From positions 434,001 through 498,000 of the forward strand of contig JBHGNT010000016.1 of assembly GCA_043228905.1 (NCBI GenBank): a stretch of DNA of 64,000 nt. The letters are read 5' to 3'. Made by a program: the position numbers and the translations under genes. The DNA is from Azolla caroliniana (taxonomy: Eukaryota > Plantae > Polypodiophyta). This document shows positions 1 through 15,000 of the stretch, one piece after another (the stretch's first letter is position 1; each line of letters opens with the position of its first letter). The notes beneath the pieces were generated by a model. It did not search any database. It worked only from the letters and a program-made list of their open reading frames with translations, and had not been told where the DNA came from.

Positions 1-3000
1 GATTCGCATGTTTGAACACAAAAATCCGATATCACACGAGCCACGGATGAACATTTTAATTTACTAACGCGCTCTTCTCCACTACCTCCTCAAATTTGCT
101 AATTTCTTCATGTCTCTCGACCTATGTTTCAAAATCTTGATTTTTTAATTCCATATCAGAGCAAGCGTTGTTAGCTTCGATTCCCATGTTTGAATACAAA
201 AATACGATATCACACGAGCCACATATGAACATTTTAATTTACCTACTAGCTCTTGTCAACTCCCACCTGAAATTTGCTAATTTCTTCACGTCTCTCGACC
301 TGACTTTCAAAATCTTGACTTTTTAATTCCATATTAGAGCTAGCGTTGTTAGCTTTGATTCTTATGTTTGAACACAGCAATCCGATATCACACGAGCCAG
401 GTATGAACATTTTAATTTACCTACTAGCTCTTGTCAACTCCCTACTCAAATTTGTTAATTTCTTCATGTCTCTCGACCTGAGTTTCAAAATCTTGATTTT
501 TGAATTCCATATTAGAGCTAGCGTTGTTAGCTTCGATTCACATGTTTTAACATAAAAATCCGATATCATACGAGCCAGGTATGAACCTTTTAATTTACCT
601 ACTAACGCTTGTTAACTCCCTCCTCAAATTTGCTAATTTCTTCATATCTCTCGACCTGAAGCTTCAAAATCTTGATTTTTTAATTCCATAACATAGCTAG
701 CGCTGTTAGCTTCGATTCACATGTTTGAACACAAAAATCCGATATCACACGAGCCACGGATGAACATTTTAATTTACCTACTAGCGCTTGTCAACTCCCT
801 CCTCAAATTTGCTAATTTCTTCATGTCTCTCGACCTGAGTTTCAAAATCTTGATTTTTTAATTCCATATCAGAGCTAGCGCTGTTAGCTTCGATTCACAT
901 GTTTGAACACAAAAATCCGATATCACACGAGCCTGGTATGAACATTTTAATTTACTAACGCGCTCTTCTCCACTACGTCCTCAAATTTACTAATTTCTTC
1001 ATGTCTCTCTACCTGAGTTTCAAAATGTTTATTTTTTATATGTATATTAGAGCTAGCGTTGGTAGCTTCGATTCGCATGTTTGAACACAAAAATCCGATA
1101 TCACACGAGCTAGGTATGAACATTTTAATTTACTAACGCGCTCTTCTCTACTACCTCCTCAAATTTGCTAATTTCTTCATTTGTGTCGACCTGAGTTTCA
1201 AAATCTTGATTTTTTAATTCCATATGACAGCTAGCGTTGTTAGCTTCGCTTCGCATGTTTGAACAAAGAAATCCGATATCACAAGAGCCAGGTATGAACA
1301 TTTTAATTTACTAACGCGCTCTTCTCCACTACCTCTTCAATTTTGCTAATTTCTTCATATCTCTCGAGCTGAGTTTCAAAATCTTGATATTTTAATTCCA
1401 TATCAGAGCTAGTGCTGTTAGCTTCGATTCGCATGTTTCAACATAGAAATCCGATATCACACGAGCCAGGTATGAACATTTTAATTTACCTACTAGCTCT
1501 TGTCAACTCCCTCCTAGAATTTGCTAATTTCTTCATGTGTGTCGACCTAAGTTTCAAAACTTGATTTTTTAATTCCATATCACAGCTAGCGTTGTTAGCT
1601 TCGATTCCCATGTTTGAACACAGAAATCAGATATCACTCGAGCCTGGTATGAACATTTTAATTTACTAACGTGCTCTTTTCCACTACCGCCTCAAATTTG
1701 CTAATTTCTTCATGTCTCTCGACCTGAGTTTCAAAATCTTGATTTTTCAATTCCATATCAGAGCTAGCGTTCTTAGCTTTGATTCTTATGTTTGAACACA
1801 AAAATCCGATATCACACGAGCCAGGTATGAACATTTTAATTTACTGACTAGCTCTTCTCAACTCCCTCCTCAAATTTCTTAATTTCTTCATGTCTCTCGA
1901 CCTGAGTTTCAAAATCTTGATTTTTTAATTCCATAACAGAGCTAGCGCTGTTAGCTTCGATTCACATGTTTGAACACAAAAATCTGATATCACACGAACC
2001 ACGTATGAACATTTTAATTTACCTACTAGCGCTTGTCAACTCCCTCTTCAAATTTACTAATTTCTTCATGTCTCTCGACCTGAGTTTCAAAATCTTGATT
2101 TTTCAATTTCATATTAGTGCTAGCGTTGTTAGCTTCGATTCGCATGTTTGAACACAAAAATCCGATATCACACGAGCCACGTATGAACATTTTAATATAA
2201 CCTACTAGCTCTTGTCAACTCCCTCCTAAAATTTGCTAATTTCTTCATGTCTCTCGACCTGAGTTTCAAAATCTTGATTTTTTAATTCCATATCAGAGCT
2301 AGCGTTGTTAGCTTCGATTCGCATGTTTGAACATAAAAATCCGATATCCTACGAGCCAGGTATGAACCTTTTAATTTACCTACTAGCGCTTGTCAACTCC
2401 CTCCGCAAATTAGCTAATTTCTTCATGTCTCTCGACCTGAGTTTCAAAATCTTGATTTTTTAATACCATTTCAGAGCTAGCGTTGCTAGCTTCGATTCGC
2501 ATGTTTGAACATAAAAATCCGATATCACACGAGCCTGGTATGAACATTTTAATTTACTAACGCGCTCTTCTCCACTACGTCCTCAAATTTACTAATTTCT
2601 TCATGTCTCTCGACCTGAGTTTCAAAATCTTGATTTTTTATATGTATATTAGAGCTACCGTTGTTAGCTTCGATTCGCATGTTTGAACACAAAAATCCGA
2701 TATCACACGAACCACGTATGAACATTTTAATTTACCTACTAGCGCTTATCAACTCCCTCCTCAAATTTGCTAATTTCTTCATGTCTCTCGACCTGAGTTT
2801 CAAAATCTTGATTTTTCAATTCCATATTAGTGCTATCAGAGCTAGCGTTGTTAGCTTTGATTCGCATGTTTGAACATAAAAATCCGATATCATACGAGCC
2901 AGGTATGAACCTCTTAATTTACCTACTAGCGCTTGTCAACTCCCTCCTTAAATTTGCTAATTTCTTCATGTCTCTCGACCTGAGTTTCAAAATCTTGATT

Positions 3001-6000
3001 TTTTAATACCATATCAGAGCTAGCGTTGCTAGCTTCGATTCGCATGTTTGAACACAAAAATCCGATATCACACGAGCCTGGTATGAACATTTTAATTTAC
3101 TAACGCGCTCTTCTCCACTACGTCCTCAAATTTACTAATTTCTTCATGTCTCTCTACCTGAGTTTCAAAATGTTGATTTTTTATATGTATATTAGAGCTA
3201 GCGTTGGTAGCTTCGATTCGCATGTTTGAACACAAAAATCCGATATCACACGAGCTAGGTATGAACATTTTAATTTACTAACGCGCTCTTCTCTACTACC
3301 TCCTCAAATTTGCTAATTTCTTCATTTGTGTCGACCTGAGTTTCAAAATCTTGATTTTTTAATTCCATATGACAGCTAGCGTTGTTAGCTTCGCTTCGCA
3401 TGTTTGAACAAAGAAATCCGATATCACAAGAGCCAGGTATGAACATTTTAATTTACTAACGCGCTCTTCTCCACTACCTCTTCAATTTTGCTAATTTCTT
3501 CATATCTCTCGAGCTGAGTTTCAAAATCTTGATATTTTAATTCCATATCAGAGCTAGTGCTGTTAGCTTCGATTCGCATGTTTCAACATAGAAATCCGAT
3601 ATCACACGAGCCAGGTATGAACATTTTAATTTACCTACTAGCTCTTGTCAACTCCCTCCTCAAATTTGCTAATTTCTTCATGTGTGTCGACCTAAGTTTC
3701 AAAACTTGATTTTTTAATTCCATATCACAGCTAGCGTTGTTAGCTTCGATTCCCATTTTTGAAAACAATAATCCGATATGACACGAGCTAGGTATGAACA
3801 TTTTAATTTACCTACTAGCTCTTGTTAACTCCCTCCTCAAATTTGTTAATTTCTTCATGTCTCTTGATCTGAGTTTCAAAATCTTGATTTTTTAATTCCT
3901 ATCAGAGCTAGCGTTGCTAGCTTCGATTCGCATGTTTGAACACAAAAATCCGATATCACACGAGCCAGGTATGAACATTTTAATTTACCTACTAGCGCTT
4001 GTCAACTCCCTCTTCAAATTTGCTAATTTCTTCATCTCTCTCGACCTGAGTTTCAAAATCTTGATTTTTTAATTCCATATCAGAGCTAGCGTTGTTAGCT
4101 TCGATTCACATGTTTGAACACAAAAATCCAATATCACACGAACCACGGATGAACATTTTAATTTACCTACTAGCACTTGTCAACTCCCTCCTCAAATTTG
4201 CTAATTTCTTCATGTCTCTCGACCTGAGTTTCAAAATCTTGATTTTTTAATTCCATATCAGAGCTAGCGTTGTTAGCTTCGATTCGCATGTTTGAACACA
4301 AAAATCCCATATCATACGAACCACGTATGAACATTTTAATTTACCTACTAGCGCTTGTCAACTCCCTCCTCAAATTTGCTAATTTCTTCATGTCTCTCGA
4401 CCTGAGTTTCAAAATCTGGATTTTTCAACTCCTTAACAGAGCTAGCGCTGTTACCTTCGATTCGCATGTTTGAACACAAAAATCCGATATCACACGAGCC
4501 ACGGATGAACATTTTAATTTACTAACGCGCTCTTCTCCACTACCTCCTCAAATTTGCTAATTTCTTCATGTCTCACGACCTGAATTTCAAAATCTTGATT
4601 TTTTAAATCCATATCTGAGCTAGCGTTGTTAGCTTCCATTCGCATGTTTGAACACAAAAATCCGATATCACAAGAGCCACGGATGAAGATTTTAATTTAC
4701 TAACGCGCTCTGCTCCACTACCTCCTCAAATTTGCTAATTTCTTCATGTCTCTCGACCTATGTTTCAAAATCTCGATTTTTTAATTGCATATCAGAGTAA
4801 GCGTTGTTAGCTTCGATTCGCATGTTTGAATACAAAAATACGATATCACACGAGCCACGTATGAACATTTTAATTTACCTACTAGCTCTTGTCAACTCCC
4901 ACCTGAAATTTGCTAATTTCTTCACGTCTCTCGACCTGACTTTCAAAATCTTGACTTTTTAATTCCATATCAGAGCTAGCGTTGTTAGCTTTGATTCTTA
5001 TGTTTGAACACAGAAATCCGATATCACACGAGCCAGGTATGAACATTTTAATTTACCTACTAGCTCTTGTCAACTCCCTCCTCAAATTTGTTAATATCTT
5101 CATGTCTCTCGACCTGAGTTTCAAAATCTTGATTTTTTAATACCATATCAGAGCTAGCGTTGCTAGCTTCGATTCGCATGTTTGAACACAAAAATCCGAT
5201 ATCACACGAGCCTGGTATGAACATTTTAATTTACTAACGCGCTCTTCTCCACTACGTCCTCAAATTTACTAATTTCTTCATGTCTCTCTACCTGAGTTTC
5301 AAAATGTTGATTTTTTATATGTATATTAGAGCTAGCGTTGGTAGCTTCGATTCGCATGTTTGAACACAAAAATCCGATATCACACGAGCTAGGTATGAAC
5401 ATTTTAATTTACTAACGCGCTCTTCTCTACTACCTCCTCAAATTTGCTAATTTCTTCATTTGTGTCGACCTGAGTTTCAAAATCTTGATTTTTTAATTCC
5501 ATATGACAGCTAGCGTTGTTAGCTTCGCTTCGCATGTTTGAACAAAGAAATCCGATATCACAAGAGCCAGGTATGAACATTTTAATTTACTAACGCGCTC
5601 TTCTCCACTACCTCTTCAATTTTGCTAATTTCTTCATATCTCTCGAGCTGAGTTTCAAAATCTTGATATTTTAATTCCATATCAGAGCTAGTGCTGTTAG
5701 CTTCGATTCGCATGTTTCAACATAGAAATCCGATATCACACGAGCCAGGTATGAACATTTTAATTTACTAACGCGCTCTTCTCCACTACCTCCTCAAATT
5801 TGCTAATTTCTTCATGTGTGTCGACCTAAGTTTCAAAACTTGATTTTTTAATTCCATATGACAGCTAGCGTTGTTAGCTTCGATTCGCATTTTTGAACAC
5901 AATAATCCGATATGACACGAGCTAGGTATGAACATTTTAATTTACCTACTAGCTCTTGTTAACTCCCTCCTCAAATTTGTTAATTTCTTCATGTCTCTTG

Positions 6001-9000
6001 ATCTGAGTTTCAAAATCTTGATTTTTTAATTCCTATCAGAGCTAGCACTGTTAGCTTCCATTCACATGTTTGAACACAAAAATCCGATATCACACGAGCC
6101 ACGTATGAACATTTTAATTTACCTACTAGCGCTTGTCAACTCCCTCTTCAAATTTGCTAATTTCTTCATCTCTCTCGACCTGAGTTTCAAAATCTTGATT
6201 TTTTAATTCCATATCAGAGCTAGCGTTGTTAGCTTCGATTCACATGTTTGAACACAAAAATCCAATATCACACGAACCACGGATGAACATTTTAATTTAC
6301 CTACTAGCACTTGTCAACTCCCTCCTCAAATTTGCTAATTTCTTCATGTCTCTCGACCTGAGTTTCAAAATCTTGATTTTTTAATTCCATATCAGAGCTA
6401 GCGTTGTTAGCTTCGATTCGCATGTTTGAACACAAAAATCCCATATCACACGAACCACGTATGAACATTTTAATTTACCTACTAGCGCTTGTCAACTCCC
6501 TCCTCAAATTTGCTAATTTCTTCATGTCTCTCGACCTGAGTTTCAAAATCTGGATTTTTCAACTCCTTAACAGAGCTAGCGCTGTTACCTTCGATTCACA
6601 TGTTTGAACACAAAAATCCGATATCACACGAGCCACGGATGAACATTTTAATTTACTAACGCGCTCTTCTCCACTACCTCCTCAAATTTGCTAATTTCTT
6701 CATGTCTCACGACCTGAATTTCAAAATCTTGATTTTTTAAATCCATATCTGAGCTAGCGTTGTTAGCTTCCATTCGCATGTTTGAACACAAAAATCCGAT
6801 ATCACAAGAGCCACGGATGAAGATTTTAATTTACTAACGCGCTCTTCTCCACTACCTCCTCAAATTTGCTAATTTCTTCATGTCTCTCGACCTATGTTTC
6901 AAAATCTCGATTTTTTAATTGCATATCAGAGTAAGCGTTGTTAGCTTCGATTCGCATGTTTGAATACAAAAATACGATATCACACGAGCCACGTATGAAC
7001 ATTTTAATTTACCTACTAGCTCTTGTCAACTCCCACCTGAAATTTGCTAATTTCTTCACGTCTCTCGACCTGACTTTCAAAATCTTGACTTTTTAATTCC
7101 AAATCAGAGCTAGCGTTGTTAGCTTTGATTCTTATGTTTGAACACAGAAATCCGATATCACACGAGCCAGGTATGAACATTTTAATTTACCTACTAGCTC
7201 TTGTCAACTCCCTCCTCAAATTTGTTAATATCTTCATGTCTCTCGACCTGAGTTTCAAAATCTTGATTTTTGAATTCCATATTAGAGCTAGCGTTGTTAG
7301 CTTCGATTCGCATGTTTGAACATAAAAATCCGATATCATTCGAGCCAGGTATGAACCTTTTAATTTACCTACTAACGCTTGTCAACTCCCTCCTCAAATT
7401 TGCTAATTTCTTCATGTCTCTCGACCTGAAGCTTCAAAATCTTGATTTTTTAATTCCATAACATAGCTAGCGCTGTTAGCTTCGATTCACATGTTTGAAC
7501 ACAAAAATCTGATATCACACGAGCCACGGATGAACATTTTAATTTACCTACTAGCGCTTGTCAACTCCCTCCTCAAATTTGCTAATTTCTTCATGTCTCT
7601 CGACCTGAGTTTCAAAATCTTGATTTTTTAATTCCATATCAGAGCTAGCGCTGTTAGCTTCGATTCACATGTTTGAAGACAAAAATCCGATATCACACGA
7701 ACCACGTATGAACATTTTAATTTACCTACTAGCGCTTATCAACTCCCTCCTCAAATTTGCTAATTTCTTCATGTCTCTCGACCTGAGTTTCAAAATCCAT
7801 ATTTTTCAATTCCATATTTTAGCTAGCGTTGTTAGCTTCCATTCGCATGTTTGAACACAAAAATCCGATATCACACGAGCCACGTATGAACATTTTAATT
7901 TACCTACTAGCGCTTGTAACCTCCCTCATGAAATTTGCTAATTTCTTCATGTGTGTCGACCTGAGTTTCAAAATCTTGATTTTTTAATTGCATATCAAAG
8001 CTAGCGTTGTTAGCTTCGATTCGCATGTTTGAACAAAGAAATCCGATATCACAAGAGCCAGGTATAAACATTTTAATTTACTAACGCGCTCTTCTCCACT
8101 ACCTCCTCAAATTTGCTAATTTCTTCATATCTCTCGAGCTGAGTTTCAAAATCTTGATTTTTTAATTCCATATCAAAGCTAGTGTTGTTAACTTTGATTG
8201 ACATGTTTCAACACAAAAATCCGATATCACAAGAGCCACGTATGAACATTTTAATTTACCTACTAGCTCTTGTTAACTCCCTCCTCAAATTTGTTAATTT
8301 CTTCATGTCTCTCGATCTGAGTTACAAAATCTTGATTTTTTAATTTCATATTAGAGCTAGCGTTGTTAGGTTCGATTCGCATGTTTGAACACAGAAATCC
8401 GATATCACACGAGCCAGGTATGAAAATTTTAATTTACCTACTAGCTCTTGTTAACTCCCTCCAATGTCACACGAGCCACGTATGAACATTTTAATTTACT
8501 AACGCGCTCTTCTCCACTCCATCGTCAAATTTGTTAATTTCTTCATGTCTCTCGACCTGATTTTCAAAATCTTGATTTTTTAATTCCATATCAGAGCTAG
8601 CGTTGTTAGCTTCGATTCGCATGTTTGAACACAAAAATCCGATATCACACGAGCCTGGTATGAAGATTTTAATTTTCTAACGCGCTCTTCTCCACTACCT
8701 CCTTAAATTTCATATTTCCTCATGTGTGTCGACCTGAGCTTCAAAATCTTGATTTTTTAATTCCATATCACAGCAAGCGTTGTTAGCTTCGATTCACATG
8801 TTTGAACACAGAAATCCGATATCACACGAGCCAGCTACCTCCTCAAATTTGCTAACGCGCTCTTCTCCACTACCTCCTCAAATTTGCTAATTTGTTCATG
8901 TCTCTCGACCTGAGTTTCATAATCTTGATTTTTTAATTCCATATGACAGCTAGCGTTGTTAGCTTCGATTCGCATGTTTGAACACAGAAATTCGATATCA

Positions 9001-12000
9001 CACGAGCTAGGTATGAACATTCTAATTTACCTACTAGTACTTGTTAACTCCCTCCTCAAATTTGTTAATTTCTTCATGTCTCTCGATCTGAGTTTCAAAA
9101 TCTTGATTTTTTAATTCCATATCAGACCTAGCACTTTTTACCTCCCTCCTCAAATTTGTTAATTTCTTTATGTCTCTCGATCTGAGTTTCAAAATCTTGA
9201 TTTTTTAATTCCATATCAGAGCTAGCACTGTTAGCTTCGATTCACATGTTTGAACACAAAAATCCGATATCACACGAGCCACGGATGAACATTTTAATTT
9301 ACCTACTCGCGCTGGTAATCTCCCTCATGAAATTTGCTAATTTTTCATGTCTCTCGACCTGAGTTTCAAAATCTTGATTTTTTAATACCATATCAGAGCT
9401 AGCATTGCTAGCTTCGATTCGCATGTTTGAACACAAAAATCCGATATCACACGAGCCACGTATGAACATTTTAATTTACCTACTAGGTCTTGTCAACTCC
9501 CTCCTCAAATTTGCTAATTTCTTCATGTCTCTCGACCTGAGTTTCAAAATCTGGATTTTTTAATTCCATATCAGAGCTAGCGTTGTTAACTTCGAATCGC
9601 ATGTTTGACCACAAAAATCCGATATCACACGAGCAAGGTATGAACATTTTAATTTACTAATGCGCTCTTGTCAACTCCCTCCTCAAATTTACGAATTTCT
9701 TCATGTCTCTCGACCTGAGTTTGAAAATCTTGATTTTTTAATTCCATATCAGAGCTAGCGTTGTTAGCTTCGATTCGCATGTTTGAACACAAAATTCCGA
9801 TATCACACGAACCACATATGAACATTTTAATTTACCTACTAGCGCTTATCAACTCCCTCCTCAAATTTGCTAATTTCTTCATGTCTCTCGACCTGAGTTT
9901 CAAAATCTTGATTTTTGAATTCCATATTAGTGCTAGCGTTGTTAGCTTCGATTCGCATGTTTGAACACAAAAATCCGATATCACACGAGCCTGGTATGAA
10001 CATTTTAATTTACTAACGCGCTCTTGTCCACTACGTCCTCAAATTTACTAATTTCTTCATGTCTCTCGACCTGAGTTTCAAAATGTTGATTTTTTATATG
10101 TATATTAGAGCTAGCGTTGTTAGCTTCGATTCGCATGTTTGAACACAAAAATCCGATATCACACGAGCTAGGTATGAACATTTTAATTTACTAACGGGCT
10201 CTTCTCTACTACCTCCTCAAATTTGCTAATTTCTTCATTTGTGTCGACCTGAGTTTCAAAATCTTGATTTTTTAATACCATATGAGAGCTAGCGTTGTTA
10301 GCTTCGATTCCCATGTTTGAACACAAAAATCTGATATCACACGAGTCTGGTATGAACATTTTAATTTACCTACTAGCTCTTGTCAACTCCCTCCTCAAAT
10401 TTACTAATTTTTTCATGTGTGTCGACCTGAGTTTCAAAATCTTGATTTTTTAATTCCATATCATAGCTAGCGTTGCTAGCTTCGATTCCCATGTTTGAAC
10501 ACAGAAATCAGATATCACACGAGCCTGGTATGAACATTTTAATTTACTAACGCGCTCTTTTCCACTACCGCCTCAAATTTGCTAATTTCTTCATGTCTCT
10601 CGACCTGAGTTTCAAAATCTTGATTTTTGAATTCCATATCAGAGCTAGCGTTGTTAGCTTTGATTCTTATGTTTGAACACAAAAATCCGATATCACACGA
10701 GCCAGGTATGAACATTTTAATTTAGCTACTAGGTCTTCTCAACTCCCTCCTCAAATTTGTTAATTTCTTCATGTCTCTCGACCTGAGTTTCGAAATCTTG
10801 ATTTTTGAATTCCATAACAGAGCTAGCGCTGTTAGCTTCGATTCACATGTTTGAACACAAAAATCCGATATCACACGAACCACGTATGAACATTTTAATT
10901 TACCTACTAGCGCTTGTCAACTCCCTCCTCAAATTTACTAATTTCTTCATGTCTCTCGACCTGAGTTTCAAAATCTTGATTTTTCAATTTCATATTAGTG
11001 CTAGCGTTGTTAGCTTCGATTCGCATGTTTGAACACAAAAATCCGATATCACACGAGCCACGTATGAACATTTTAATTTACCTACTAGCTCTTGTCAACT
11101 CCCTCCTCAAATTTGCTAATTTCTTCATGTCTCTCGACCTGAGTTTCAAAATCTTGATTTTTCAATTCCATATTAGACCTAGCGTTAGCTTCGATTCGCA
11201 TGTTTGAACATAAAAATCCGATATCATACGAGCCAGGTATGAACCTTTTAATTTACCTACTAGCGCTTGTCAACTCCCTCCTCAAATTTGTTAATTTCTT
11301 CATGTCTCTCGATCTGAGTTACAAAATCTTGATTTTTTAATTTCATATTAGAGCTAGCGCTGTTAGCTTCGATTCACATGTTTGAACACAAAAATCCGAT
11401 ATCACACGAGCCACGTATGAACATTTTAATTTACGAACGCGCTCTTGTCAACTCCCTCCTCAAATTTGCTAATTTCTTCATGTCTCTCGACCTGAGTTTC
11501 AAAATCTTGATTTTTTAATTCCATATCAGAGCTAGTGTTGTTAACTTCGAATCGCATGTTTGACCACAAAAATCCGATATCACACGAGCCAGGTATGAAC
11601 ATTTTAATTTACTAATGCGCTCTTGTCAACTCCCTCCTCAAATTTACTAATTTCTTCATGTCTCTCGAGCTGAGTTTCAAAATCTTGATTTTTGAATTCC
11701 ATATTTGAGCTAGTGTTGTTAGCTTCGATTCGCATGTTTGAACACAAAAATTCGATATCACACGAACCAGTTATGAACATTTTAATTTACTAACGCGCTC
11801 TTGCAACTCCCTCCTCAAATTTGCTAATTTCTTCATGTCTCTTGACCTAAGTTTAAAATCTTGATTTTTTAATACCATATCAGAGCTAGCGTTCTTAGCT
11901 TCGATTCACATGTTTGAACACAGAAAACAGATATCACACGAGCCTGGTATGAACATTTTAATTTACGAACGCGCTCTTCTCCACTACCTCCTCAAATTTG

Positions 12001-15000
12001 CTAATTTCTTCATGTCTCTCGAGCTGAGTTTCAAAATCTTGATTTTTTAATTCCATATCACAGCTAGTGTTGTTAGCTTCGATTCGCATGTTTGAACACA
12101 GAAATCCGATATCACACGAGCCAGGTATGAACATTTTAATTTACTAACGCGCTCTTCTCCACTACCTCCTCAAAGTTGCAAATTTCTTCATGTCTCTCGA
12201 GTTTAGTGTAAGAATCTTGATTTATTAATTCCATATCAGAGCTAGCGTTGTTAGCTTCGATTCGCATGTTTCAACACAAAAACCCGATATCACACGAGCC
12301 AGGTATGAACATTTTAATTTACTAACGCGCTCTTGTCAACTCCCTCCTCAAATTTTCTAATTTCTTCATGTCTCTCGACCTGAGTTTCAAAATCTTGATT
12401 TTTGAATTCCATATTTGAGCTAGTGTTGTTAGCTTCGATTCGCATGTTTGAACATAGAAATTCGATATCACACGAACCAGTTATGAACATTTTAATTTAC
12501 TAACGCGCTCTTCTCCACTACCTCCTTAAATTTGCTAATTTCTTCATGTCTCTCGACCTGAGTTTCAAAATCTTGATTTTTTAATTCCATATGACAGCTA
12601 GCGTTGTTAGCTTCGATTCGCATGTTTGAACACAGAAATTCGATATCACACGAGCTAGGTATGAACATTTTAATTTACCTACTAGCTCTTGTTAACTCCC
12701 TCCTAAAATTTGTTAATTTCTTCATGGCTCTCGATCTGAGTTACAAAATCTTGATTTTTTAATTTCATATTAGAGCTAGCGTTGTTAGCTTCGATTCACA
12801 TGTTTGAACACAAAAATCCGATATCACACGAGCCAGGTATGAACATTTTAATTTACTAATGCGCTCTTGTCAACTCCCTCCTCAAATTTGCTAATTTGTT
12901 CATGTCTCTCGACCTGAGTTTCAAAATCTTGATTTTTTAATTCCATATGACAGCTAGCGTTGTTAGCTTCGATTCGCATGTTTGAACACAGAAATTCGAT
13001 ATCACACGAGCCAGGTATGAACATTTTAATTTACTAACGCGCTCTTCTCCACTACCTCCTCAAAGTTGCAAATTTCTTCATGTCTCTCGAGTTTAGTGTT
13101 AGAATCTTGATTTATTAATTCCATATCAGAGCTAGCGTTGTTAGCTTCGATTCGCATGTTTCAACACAAAAACCCGATATCACACGAACCAGGTATGAAC
13201 ATTTTAATTTACTAACGCGCTCTTGTCAACTCCCTCCTCAAATTTTCTAATTTCTTCATGTCTCTCGACCTGAGTTTCAAAATCTTGATTTTTGAATTCC
13301 ATATTTGAGCTAGTGTTGTTAGCTTCGATTCGCATGTTTGAACACAAAAATCCGACATCACACGAGCCAGGTATGAACATTTTAATTTACTAATGCGCTC
13401 TTGTCAACTCCCTCCTCAAATTTACTAATTTCTTCATGTCTCTCGAGCTGAGTTTCAAAATCTTGATTTTTTAATTCCATATCAGAGCTAGCGTTGTTAG
13501 CTTCGATTCGCATGTTTGAACACAGAAATTCGATATCACACGAGCCAGCTATGAACATTTTAATTTACTAACGCGCTCTTCTCCACTACCTCCTTAAATT
13601 TGCTAATTTCTTCATGTGTGTCGAGCTGAGTTTCAAAATCTTGATTTTTTAATTCCATATCAGAGCTAGCGTTGTTAGCTTCGATTCGCATGTTTGAAGA
13701 CAGAAATACGATATCACACGAGCCAGGTATGAAAATTTTAATTTACTAACGCGCTCTTCTCCACTACCTTCTAAAATTTATTAATTTCTTCATGTCTCTC
13801 GACCTAAGTTTTAAAGTCTTGATTTTCTAATTCCATATCAGAGCTAGCGTTGTTAGCTTCGATTCACATGTTTGAACACAAAAATCCGATATCACACGAG
13901 CCTGGTATGAAGATTTTAATTTTCTAACGCGCTCTTCTCCACTACCTCCTTAAATTTGCTAATTTCTTCATGTGTGTCGAGCTGAGTTTCAAAATCTTGA
14001 TTTTTTAATTCCATATCAGAGCTAGCGTTGTTAGCTTCGATTCGCATGTTTGAACAAAGAAATCTGATATCACACGAGCCTGTTATAAACATTTTAATTT
14101 ACTAACGCGCTCTTCTCCGCTACCTCCTCAAATTTGTTAATTTCTTCATATCTCTCGAGCTGAGTTTCAAAATCTTAATTTTTTAATTCCATATCAGAGC
14201 TAGTGTTGTTAGCTTCGATTCGCATGTTTCAAAAAAGAAATCCGATATCACACGAGCCAGCTATGAACATTTTAATTTACTAACGCGCTCTTCTCCACTA
14301 CCTCCTCAAATTTGCTAATTTGTTCATGTCTCTCGACCTGAGTGTCAAAATCTTGATTTTTTAATTCCATATGACAGCTAGCGTTGTTAGCTTCGATTCG
14401 GATGTTTGAACACAGAAATTCGATATCACAGGAGCTAGGTATGAACATTTTAATTTACCTACTAGCTCTTGTTAACTCCCTCCTCAAATTTGTTAATTTC
14501 TTCATGTCTCTCGATCTGATTTACAAAATCTTGATTTTTTAATTTCATATTAGAGCTAGCGCTGTTAGCTTCGATTCACATGTTTGAACACAAAAATCCG
14601 ATATCACACGAGCCACGTATGAACATTTCAATCTACCTACTAGGTCTTGTCAACTCCCTCCTCAAATTTGCTAATTTCTTCATGTGTCTCGACCTGAGTT
14701 TCAAAATCTTGGTTTTTTAATTCCATATCAGAGCTAGTGTTGTTAACTTCGAATCGCATGTTTGACCACAAAAATCCGATATCACACGAGCTAGGTATGA
14801 ACATTTTAATTTACTAATGCGCTCTTGTCAACTCCCTCCTCAAATTTACTAATTTCTTCATGTCTCTCGAGCTGACTTTCAAAATCTTGATTTTTGAATT
14901 CCATATCAGAGCTAGTGTTGTTAGCTTCGATTCGCATGTTTGAACATAGAAATCCGATATCACACGAGCCAGGTATGAACATTTTAATTTACTAACGTGC

